Source: Euryarchaeota archaeon UBA106 (GTDB taxonomy: Archaea > Thermoplasmatota > Poseidoniia > Poseidoniales > Thalassarchaeaceae). Taken from it: DNA of 64,000 bases. The translations under genes and the position numbers were made by a program. Location: the NCBI GenBank assembly GCA_002502365.1, contig DAOJ01000065.1:7547-71546 (forward strand), written 5' to 3'. Every line of letters begins with the position of its first letter. The stretch's first letter is position 1. Below the pieces are notes generated by a model, which had not been told where the DNA came from, made no database searches, and saw nothing but the letters and a program-made list of their open reading frames with translations. Of this stretch, positions 40,728 through 48,822 are shown one piece after another.

Positions 40728-41891
40728 ATGAGACTGGGTATATTGAAGGAACCAGAAGAAGAAACTAGGGTTGCAATCGTACCTAATTCGGTTCCAAAAT
40801 TAAAGAAATTAGGTTTTGAGGTTCTAATCGAATCTGGAGCCGGCATTTCAGCCCATCATTTGGATGCCGAGTACGAGTCAAAGGGAGCCTCGATCGTGGG
40901 CCGCGATGATGCGATGGCCTGCGAGATGTTGATTTGCATCGGAGCGCCTGATTTTTCTGCTCTTTCGGAGGGTCAAATGGTCGCATGTGTGTCTGATCCA
41001 TTCCGTCATCCTGAGCGGGTCAGGCAAGCCATGGATGCCAAGGTCACCCTGATGAGTATGGACATGATTCCTCGCCGCCTCTCTCGTGCTCAAGCGATGG
41101 ATGTGAACTCAAGCCAAGACAATCTAGCTGGTTACAAAGCAGTATTGATGGGTGCTGCACAAGTTCCCAAGGGAATTCCCATGATGACCACCTCAGCCGG
41201 CACTGTTCGTCCAGCCAAGTTCGTGATTATGGGCAGTGGTGTGGCGGGTTTGCAAGCCATCGCCACAGCCAAGCGTTTGGGTGCGATTGTCTATGCTTCT
41301 GACGTTAGAAAGTCAACTGCTGAGCAGATTCAATCCGTTGGTGGCCGATTTATTGAGGTCGAAGGAATGGATGATTTCGAAGATGATTCTGGATATGCCA
41401 AACCTCTCACTCCTGAGTTTATTCAGAAGGTAAACGATACAGTTTGCGAAGTTGCTGCAGATGCTGATGTTGTCGTCACGACAGCACGAATCTTCGGACG
41501 CCCTGCGCCGATTACGGTCCCCGCTTCAGCGGTTGCCAATTTCAAACCAGGATCAGTAGTTGTCGATATGAATGCGGATGTTGGGGGCAATTGTGAACTA
41601 ACTTCAGCGGGTGAAATTATTACGACAGATAATGGCGTGACCATCGTTGGGACCACCAATCTCCCTGGTCAATTGGCATCGACTGCAAGCATGTTGTATT
41701 CTAACAATTTGACAACCTTTGTCGCATCTCTTGTCAAGGATGGTGAAATTGTAATTGATCCAGAAGATGATATCTTGTTTGGAGCTCCAGAAGGCAGTGA
41801 TTTCTATGTCTCAGGTATGGGGGGTGTGCTGGTTTGCATGGATGGGAAAATCCATGCTAAGCAAACCCGATTGTCCGAGGTGGTTGGATGA
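40728..41891 (+). CDS. pntAA: NAD(P) transhydrogenase subunit alpha part 1 (PntAA)
   Basis: MRLGILKEPEEETRVAIVPNSVPKLKKLGFEVLIESGAG...MGSGVAGLQAIATAKRLGA (AlaDH/PNT domain). Confidence 0.88.
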   Translation: MRLGILKEPEEETRVAIVPNSVPKLKKLGFEVLIESGAGISAHHLDAEYESKGASIVGRDDAMACEMLICIGAPDFSALSEGQMVACVSDPFRHPERVRQAMDAKVTLMSMDMIPRRLSRAQAMDVNSSQDNLAGYKAVLMGAAQVPKGIPMMTTSAGTVRPAKFVIMGSGVAGLQAIATAKRLGAIVYASDVRKSTAEQIQSVGGRFIEVEGMDDFEDDSGYAKPLTPEFIQKVNDTVCEVAADADVVVTTARIFGRPAPITVPASAVANFKPGSVVVDMNADVGGNCELTSAGEIITTDNGVTIVGTTNLPGQLASTASMLYSNNLTTFVASLVKDGEIVIDPEDDILFGAPEGSDFYVSGMGGVLVCMDGKIHAKQTRLSEVVG

Positions 41892-42211
41892 GTTTGACAC
41901 TTGCAGCATTGATTGGGAGCATTACGGTTTTTGTTTTGGCAATTTTCCTCGGGTTTGAATTGATAAGTAAGGTCCCCCCAACTCTACATACTCCGTTGAT
42001 GTCCGGAGCAAACGCGATTTCTGGGATTACCATTGTTGGTGCTCTGATTCTATTGAACAATAACAGCTGGAACGACGGTGACCCCGGTATTGCCGCTTGG
42101 TTGGCATTCGCAGCTCTGGTTATGGCGACCATCAACGTCGTCGGCGGATTCATGGTTACCAACAGAATGTTGGAGATGATTGCTGGAAAGAAAAAGAGAG
42201 GGGGTGACTGA
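41888..42211 (+). CDS. pntAB: NAD(P) transhydrogenase subunit alpha part 2 (PntAB, membrane)
   Basis: Three hydrophobic helices, ~100 aa, ATGA-coupled to pntAA. Confidence 0.85.
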   Translation: MSLTLAALIGSITVFVLAIFLGFELISKVPPTLHTPLMSGANAISGITIVGALILLNNNSWNDGDPGIAAWLAFAALVMATINVVGGFMVTNRMLEMIAGKKKRGGD

Positions 42212-42212
42212 A

Positions 42213-43658
42213 ATGGTAGATTCTGTTGTATGGGATATCGGATATTTGGTATCCGCTGCACTCTTTATCCTTGGAATAAAGAGGTTGTCTAGCCCGCGAA
42301 CGGCGCCACAAGGAAACCGCTTGGGAGCATACGGGATGATGCTAGCCGTGTTGGTTACGATGGCCAAATTGTATTCCGATGGCTTGATTGGTCTAGAATT
42401 GATTGTCGCCGGGCTCATTATTGGAACCATCATAGGCGCTTGGCTCGCCATCCGTGTAGAAATGACAGGGATGCCCGAACTGGTTGCCTTGTTCAATGGA
42501 TTTGGCGGTGGTGCATCCGCTTTAGTTGGATTCTCCGAAGTATTGGATCGCTTGAATAAAGGCAATGTTCCAGATGCAGGCGTTGAACTCTATGCAACTT
42601 GGATAGCTATCGGTCTTTCCGGTCTCGTCGGTTGGCTCACTTTGACTGGTAGCCTCATGGCCATGGGCAAGTTAATGGGTGGATTCTACATTCCTTTCAC
42701 AAAGAAGGATGATCGCGGTCGGCGAAAGTGGGTCAGTTTCCCAACTTGGGGTCCACCTTGGTTGAATTTTGTCAAAGGAATTCTACTGATTGCATCTTTG
42801 GCTTTGATAGCCCTAACAATTGATAATCCTACTGAAAAGGAATACGTGTATTACTTGGTCGGTACCTCATCACTGCTTGGTGTTCTATTTGTTTTACCAA
42901 TCGGAGGAGCTGATATGCCTGTCGTGGTCAGTCTTCTCAACTCAATGTCTGGGATTGCAGCGGCCTTCACAGGCTTCGTTATCGGCAACAATGTGCTAAT
43001 TATTGCCGGTTCGATGGTTGGTGCTGCGGGTCTCATTTTGACTTTCATCATGTGCAAGGCGATGAACCGAACTCTTTCCGCGGTTCTGTTCAAATCCTTC
43101 GGTGGTGGTGGTAAAGAAACCGTCACGAGGACTAAGGTTGGTAGCGATCCAGAAGAAGTCGCTATGGTATGTGATGGTATCAGTAAGTGCGTAATTATTC
43201 CAGGTTATGGTATGGCGGTCAGTCAAGCGCAACACGCAGTCAAGGAATTTGCAGATTTGCTTGAAGCAGAAGGGGTTGAGGTCAGTTATGGAATTCATCC
43301 GGTTGCTGGTCGAATGCCGGGTCACATGAACGTCCTTCTGGCTGAAGCTAACGTTCCTTATGAGCAGCTCATTGAGATGGACGAAATAAACTCTGAACTA
43401 CCGGAATGCGACGTTGCTCTCGTGATTGGTGCTAATGACACGGTTAACCCCGTTGCACGGAGTGGTGAAGGTCCCCTAGGTGGCATGCCAATCATCGATG
43501 CCGATAAGGCACGAGTGGTGGTTATCATCAAGCGCAGCTTATCCGTTGGATACGCAGGAGTCGACAATGACTTGTTCTATGATGACAAGACAATGATGCT
43601 CTTTGGTGATGGTAAGAAGATGATGAATGAACTCAACGCGGCGGTAAAAGAATTGTAG
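42213..43658 (+). CDS. pntB: NAD(P) transhydrogenase subunit beta (PntB)
   Basis: N-terminal TM region plus C-terminal NADP(H)-binding domain (GYGMAVSQAQHAV...VALVIGANDTVNP). Confidence 0.9.
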   Translation: MVDSVVWDIGYLVSAALFILGIKRLSSPRTAPQGNRLGAYGMMLAVLVTMAKLYSDGLIGLELIVAGLIIGTIIGAWLAIRVEMTGMPELVALFNGFGGGASALVGFSEVLDRLNKGNVPDAGVELYATWIAIGLSGLVGWLTLTGSLMAMGKLMGGFYIPFTKKDDRGRRKWVSFPTWGPPWLNFVKGILLIASLALIALTIDNPTEKEYVYYLVGTSSLLGVLFVLPIGGADMPVVVSLLNSMSGIAAAFTGFVIGNNVLIIAGSMVGAAGLILTFIMCKAMNRTLSAVLFKSFGGGGKETVTRTKVGSDPEEVAMVCDGISKCVIIPGYGMAVSQAQHAVKEFADLLEAEGVEVSYGIHPVAGRMPGHMNVLLAEANVPYEQLIEMDEINSELPECDVALVIGANDTVNPVARSGEGPLGGMPIIDADKARVVVIIKRSLSVGYAGVDNDLFYDDKTMMLFGDGKKMMNELNAAVKEL

Positions 43659-43663
43659 TAAGC

Positions 43664-43686
43664 AACGCCTCCCAAGGGGAGGCGAA
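43664..43686 (+). terminator. GC hairpin after pntB (CGCCTCCC-aagg-GGAGGCG)
   Basis: Perfect 8-bp inverted repeat read from sequence. No downstream T-tract. Confidence 0.3.
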
Positions 43687-43739
43687 CAAGCAATGGTTAT
43701 GTGTTTGAATCGGTCGCAATAAATCAAGAGGTGGCGCTA

Positions 43740-44729
43740 ATGGGTCGGTCTACGAGGTTCATCATCGCGATTTTTGTAGTTGGCCTATTAGCAATCCCCG
43801 CATTTGCGAATAGCGGAGGTCCACCATACCTGAACTCCGATAATCAAGAGACGGCAAAATACGGTTGTACTTGTCACTATTCTAGCCCTGGGGATAGAGC
43901 TGTAGTCATGATCTCCGGAGTGCCGGTTATGTACGAATTAGGTCAATCGTATGATTTTGTAGTCACGGTTGCAGATTCCGCCACACTAGCTGGTGCTGAT
44001 GGAAATACGAAAGCAGGTTTCCTAATGACAGATAATGGGGCTGGAATGTTTTCTTGGGATGATTCTCAAGACATTAGAGAAGCAGATGGAGATCCCAATG
44101 CGATTTCTCACTCCGCAACTGGTGAAGGCGTATGGGCAATTAGTTGGATGGCTCCATCTGAAGATTCTGGAACAATCCTCTTCAGTATAGCAGGGAATTC
44201 TGTTAATGGCGATGGAGCCCCAAATGAATACGATTACTGGAACATCCTAACTTTTTCAATAAATGCTCCCGGGTCTGTTACCGAAGGAGACAGTGAGGCC
44301 ACTCTGCAAACTAGGACTATAGCAGTCGGTGATTATCAAACATTATTCGTGATTGAAGAAAGCGAATCTGAGAAAGAAAAAGAAAGACAAAGACATCTTT
44401 CAGATGCAGTTTTTGAAAGTGGGAATTTATTCTACTGGACCTCTTTAACCGCCTTAATCGTAGGAGCAGTCTTACAAAGGGAAATCTTGGAAAGACGTCA
44501 CAACACCGGTCCCGAATATTTAGCCATGGAATTAGCATATCCTCAAGGAATTAGGCGCGGATTTATTTCCCTAGTGGCATTCTTCCTAGCAATAACTTGG
44601 ACTGCAGATGGGGGGCAACATGATTTCATAATCGGATGTACTTGGTTCATCGGATTTTGGGCAATGTACGGTGTTTACAGAACCGTACGTTCCGCAAAAA
44701 CTGAACCTACCGTCCATGACGTGATGTGA
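43740..44729 (+). CDS. Exported protein with C-terminal 3-TM anchor, hypothetical
   Basis: Signal peptide MGRSTRFIIAIFVVGLLAIPAFA. Beta-rich extracellular domain. Three C-terminal hydrophobic helices. Confidence 0.55.
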   Translation: MGRSTRFIIAIFVVGLLAIPAFANSGGPPYLNSDNQETAKYGCTCHYSSPGDRAVVMISGVPVMYELGQSYDFVVTVADSATLAGADGNTKAGFLMTDNGAGMFSWDDSQDIREADGDPNAISHSATGEGVWAISWMAPSEDSGTILFSIAGNSVNGDGAPNEYDYWNILTFSINAPGSVTEGDSEATLQTRTIAVGDYQTLFVIEESESEKEKERQRHLSDAVFESGNLFYWTSLTALIVGAVLQREILERRHNTGPEYLAMELAYPQGIRRGFISLVAFFLAITWTADGGQHDFIIGCTWFIGFWAMYGVYRTVRSAKTEPTVHDVM

Positions 44730-44730
44730 G

Positions 44731-45846
44731 ATGGACCAATCTAATCTTGTAAATTTTGAGTCATCAGTCCCTAAACACTTTTCAGAACTTCATACACTTT
44801 TTCGTACAACAGCGTTTGTGTTCTTACTTTCAACGATAATTTCTTCAATTTGGCTTGAAACCATAGTTTTAGATTGGGTAATCTCCCAATCATCTTCTAG
44901 TGAAATATCAGTCTACGGTCCATATGACTGGGTCGAAATGAGATTACTATCAATTATCATATTATCATCTCTAATCACACTGCCATTTTTCTCAATCGGT
45001 TTCCGTTCTTTCGCCATTCAGGGTCTGCTTCCAAAAGAAAGGCTTTGGTTAGATCTGTACCTGTTACTCAATGCTCTATTGCTTCCAATTATTTTGTATT
45101 GGGTTTGGTTTATATTGATCCCAAATTATACAGAAACCAGTTTACAATTGGATTCTATATCTGGAGTAAATCCACGATATGATGCCTCTGAAATTTTTTC
45201 TTTTGCATCTGGAATCTCATGGGTATTAATTTTAACATTCAGCTCAACTTTATTCCTTTCTATATCTCGATTATTTGGACTAGTAGAAGAAGGAAGGAGC
45301 CGATTTCGAAATAGAATTTTAGCTATTACAGGTGGATTGCTAATTTTGACTTTACCTGAACCGTTTGAAGGTCTACGAATATTGATTGCGATAGTGGTTG
45401 TTGCTATAGTTGAATATATTTCTCGAACAGTTCCTAATGGCCCATTGGGGCTCCGAAATCCAATTTTTCCAGAAATCGTAAACAAAGATGGCTTCAGAAC
45501 AAAAGTTCTCTTGATGAATTGTTCTTGTGAAGGCGCTTGCCCATCTTTTGACAAATCCTGGATTAACCAAGATATTTCCGTTTTGCATGCTAACGCCCTG
45601 TGTTTGGATGACACAGAGCAACTCGCACTGAGGGATTTGATTTCTCGTAATTCAATAACTCAATTGACTATCTCAGGCTGTAATGGTTCGCCATTGCCCT
45701 TGGATTTACGAAATTTTCTTACCACTCATAACACTTCTTTAGATGGACTGAATTGGTTAGATCAACTAAATGTAGATAACATAAATTGGAGGAAAACTTC
45801 CCTACAAGCATATTCCTCACAATTCAATCAGGTAGACTCGAGATAA
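44731..45846 (+). CDS. TatC-like membrane protein with ~130-aa Cys-containing cytoplasmic C-terminal extension (tentative)
   Basis: Six hydrophobic helices. FAIQGLLPKERLW resembles the TatC F..PGL...E+ motif, and N-terminal HFSELHTLFR resembles TatC EHLxELRxR. Confidence 0.4.
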   Translation: MDQSNLVNFESSVPKHFSELHTLFRTTAFVFLLSTIISSIWLETIVLDWVISQSSSSEISVYGPYDWVEMRLLSIIILSSLITLPFFSIGFRSFAIQGLLPKERLWLDLYLLLNALLLPIILYWVWFILIPNYTETSLQLDSISGVNPRYDASEIFSFASGISWVLILTFSSTLFLSISRLFGLVEEGRSRFRNRILAITGGLLILTLPEPFEGLRILIAIVVVAIVEYISRTVPNGPLGLRNPIFPEIVNKDGFRTKVLLMNCSCEGACPSFDKSWINQDISVLHANALCLDDTEQLALRDLISRNSITQLTISGCNGSPLPLDLRNFLTTHNTSLDGLNWLDQLNVDNINWRKTSLQAYSSQFNQVDSR

Positions 45847-45898
45847 CTGTATATTAGACTAAATCATAGTTCAATTATCCGTTCCCTTCAAGGTAGCG

Positions 45899-47923
45899 AT
45901 GTGGCTCGGTTTCAATATGAGGGCACTCCAGTCTACTTTAGCCGGATTACTCCTCTTAAGTGCCCTCTTTGTCAACCTTAATTCCGAATTGGTAGATAAT
46001 TGGGCTGAAAACAGGTCTGAATCAGAAGATTCGAAACTTACTCTTTTAGGCGTTCAAAATGAAGAAAATTGGTTGGTACTGCAAGTAGAATTCCCTGGCA
46101 ATTCTTTCCCTGAATCTATAGTTATTGATTCATTGATAGGGGACAATTCAGCAGAAGAATACATTGAGCAAATGACTGCCGGTGAATCAACGCTTTCTGT
46201 TACACTTTTCGATGAAGTTTGGCAATCTCCCTACGATGTAAAGAAATGGGGTGAAGATGTTGGTAGTGAGCGAGATTACGGTTCAGACGGCAATGGGGCT
46301 GAAGATCTCCTAAGAACAGTTGCCAATGAACAATTGGAAGGATATGATTTATCTGACTGGGACTTAAACAACGATGGAGTAATTGACCGAATACTGATTC
46401 TTCATTCAGCGCAGCCTCAGGAAATTAACGGTGGTGCAGATTCCCTATGGAGTCATTTTACAGGCATGCAAGAACCACTAACAATTGATAAATGGACCAT
46501 CGAGCATTTCACCATAGCATCAGCCTATTCCGGAGTTGGTACAATTGTTCATGAAATGCTTCACCAAATGGGTGCTTACGACTTATATGATGTACACAGT
46601 GATATTCCAACCAGTAATTGGAACGGCATTGGTGACTGGGGAATAATGGCGAGCGGAAATTGGAATGGCAACGGTGCAGTACCTTCCCTTCCATCATCTT
46701 CAACTCTCGATCTGATAGGTGTTAATAGAGGAGTTCTCGTTACTCCGCTAATTTCCGATTATTCAATTACAGGGATTTCTGAGGGGGGCTCCTACCTAGA
46801 AATACCCATTGCACCTAATGAATGGGTACGGTTTACATTACGTGTCGATTCAGGATTTGATTCAGCCCTCCCTGGTCACGGCGTAATCGTCGAAATTCAA
46901 GATAAAAATAATGGAGATCCTAATCGAAATCTTGTGAATACTGACCCTGATAAGGCGTGGTTAAAAATCATTGAAGCCGACGGAAATGCAGCCTTGGAAA
47001 GAGGAAGGAATAGCGGAGAATCTACTGATACTTTCTCGGAGGGTGATCAGTTGGGGGCAAATGGGATGCAAATACGCGATAGTCGCGGCCGGCTAGTACA
47101 ATGGACTGCCACAATTACAAATCTAGATTCCAATGAGGCTGTAATTACTTTCACTTTCCCAGAAAATCTCTCTACAGTTGAAGTTCTACCTCCAAGAGGT
47201 CCTATAGAAATTCTTGGACAAGAATCTGTTTTCGCAACCGTAATCTCAGACAAAGCTTGTCAGTTAACGATTGATATTTCCACCACAACTAATGCAGCTG
47301 AGTCCTCTCCAAGAGTCATTTCAATAGATCAAGGAGAATCAATCATAGAACTCGCAACTGCTAATCAAATTAGTCAAGGGTCAGGCTACCTCAGGGGTTC
47401 AGTCGGGTGTGAGGGGGATGAACCTTGGCTCATTGACCTCGATTGGTTTTCAGTCGGACATAGAATTACCTCAGAGCACCTTTCAGCAATTATTCCATGG
47501 GATAAGGATTCACAACTGAGCCTTGCAACCAAATGCACTGGCGAAGAATCTAGAACCTATTCTATAGCCGTTGAAGGTGCCCTTTCAAGAATTGCTGTAG
47601 CAGAAAATGGGGGTGAGTTAGAAGCCTGCCCTACCGCGGTTTTAGCAATTTCACCTGATGGCTTATTGACTCCTGGAATGACTGCTGAAGGAGAAATCGT
47701 CTTCGTCGATCCATTTGGCTTAGAGACAAGAGTTCCAGTAACACTTACCGCCCAATCTTCCTTCAATGGGGACAGTCCACTAGCTTGGTTAGTCCAACCA
47801 AGTAACGCAATATCGGTTATTTTCGTCTTATTAGCGATATCATTGATTTCGAGTTCTAACTCGAAACCTAATGGTGGAAATTTTTCAACAGAGCAAGAAG
47901 ATAATGACTCACAATTAGATTGA
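45899..47923 (+). CDS. Secreted zinc metalloprotease (HEXXH; M6/InhA-like), C-terminal TM anchor
   Basis: Signal peptide. GVGTIVHEMLHQMGAYDLYD (HExxH...G..DxYD). C-terminal hydrophobic helix. Confidence 0.65.
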   Translation: MWLGFNMRALQSTLAGLLLLSALFVNLNSELVDNWAENRSESEDSKLTLLGVQNEENWLVLQVEFPGNSFPESIVIDSLIGDNSAEEYIEQMTAGESTLSVTLFDEVWQSPYDVKKWGEDVGSERDYGSDGNGAEDLLRTVANEQLEGYDLSDWDLNNDGVIDRILILHSAQPQEINGGADSLWSHFTGMQEPLTIDKWTIEHFTIASAYSGVGTIVHEMLHQMGAYDLYDVHSDIPTSNWNGIGDWGIMASGNWNGNGAVPSLPSSSTLDLIGVNRGVLVTPLISDYSITGISEGGSYLEIPIAPNEWVRFTLRVDSGFDSALPGHGVIVEIQDKNNGDPNRNLVNTDPDKAWLKIIEADGNAALERGRNSGESTDTFSEGDQLGANGMQIRDSRGRLVQWTATITNLDSNEAVITFTFPENLSTVEVLPPRGPIEILGQESVFATVISDKACQLTIDISTTTNAAESSPRVISIDQGESIIELATANQISQGSGYLRGSVGCEGDEPWLIDLDWFSVGHRITSEHLSAIIPWDKDSQLSLATKCTGEESRTYSIAVEGALSRIAVAENGGELEACPTAVLAISPDGLLTPGMTAEGEIVFVDPFGLETRVPVTLTAQSSFNGDSPLAWLVQPSNAISVIFVLLAISLISSSNSKPNGGNFSTEQEDNDSQLD

Positions 47924-48000
47924 TTTACACTTTAACTAATATCGCATAATACCCCAGTCCCTTTAGTTCATTGATAGGTCGTTTATTCAGACATTTATTC

Positions 48001-48822
48001 ATGGTGGAAACTACAGGTGTTTCTTGGGGAGATTGTTCGATAGACCTCTCATTCCCTAAGCCAAGGTTGTCGTCCGTTCTTCTCATTGATCAGAACACTC
48101 AGGATTTTCAGAGTGTATTGTTGAGAATGGTTGCCAATGAATTAGAATCATCTAGACCTGTACACTGGATAGATGGAGGTATGTCATTCGATCCATCTCC
48201 ACTCCTTCCTCTGTTACGAATGCGTAATTGTGACACTCTAAATCCTCTGAGAAGTTTTCACATATCTCGAGGATTTACAGCACATCAAACAGTATCTATC
48301 GTAAAGAGGTTGGCTGATGAGGCTAAATTAAGTCCTCCTCCTGATCGAATAATTAACGGTCGGCTAATTATTATTTCAGAAGTATCAAGGATGTTCATGG
48401 ACTCACAACTTAAGAAACCAGAAGGTCGCTCTTTGTTAACGGAAACACTTGAGCGTTGCAGGGCCTTGAGTAAGGATTCCGAGTCCTTAGTGATAATCAC
48501 TTCAAGTCGTAATTCATCACCACCTCTTAGTAAGGACATGCGTCATATTTTGAAACGATTTTCAGATGACACTCTGAGAATCAGCAATCTTTTATCTAAA
48601 AACCGTGATAGAAGTTTTGTTAGGAAAAAACTGCATTTACTCTCCATTGATAAGGAGGTTATTTGGGCAAATTTACCAGTAGGTCAAACTTCACTTCTAG
48701 AGTTTCGTCATAACCAAGAATCTAGGCTAGATTGTCTCATCGAACCGTTAGCCAGAAGCTCTTCACTCCAACCAAATGGAGAAAGGATAGCTGTCGCTGC
48801 TCGAACTGCCAATCGTGTATAG
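48001..48822 (+). CDS. RadB/RecA-fold paralog with degenerate Walker A (putative pseudo-ATPase)
   Basis: MVETTGVSWGD (cf. RadB MLSTGVKSLDE). VHWIDGGMSFDPSPL (cf. YVDTEGGFSPERL). RLIIISEVSRMF Walker-B-like. But the P-loop position reads LIDQNTQDF instead of GxxSGKTT. Confidence 0.55.
   Translation: MVETTGVSWGDCSIDLSFPKPRLSSVLLIDQNTQDFQSVLLRMVANELESSRPVHWIDGGMSFDPSPLLPLLRMRNCDTLNPLRSFHISRGFTAHQTVSIVKRLADEAKLSPPPDRIINGRLIIISEVSRMFMDSQLKKPEGRSLLTETLERCRALSKDSESLVIITSSRNSSPPLSKDMRHILKRFSDDTLRISNLLSKNRDRSFVRKKLHLLSIDKEVIWANLPVGQTSLLEFRHNQESRLDCLIEPLARSSSLQPNGERIAVAARTANRV

Noticed and set aside
43860-43880. Possible c-type heme motif in exported protein 43740..44729 (YGCTCHY)
   Set aside because: The motif is CxCH, with only one residue between the cysteines, not the canonical CxxCH.
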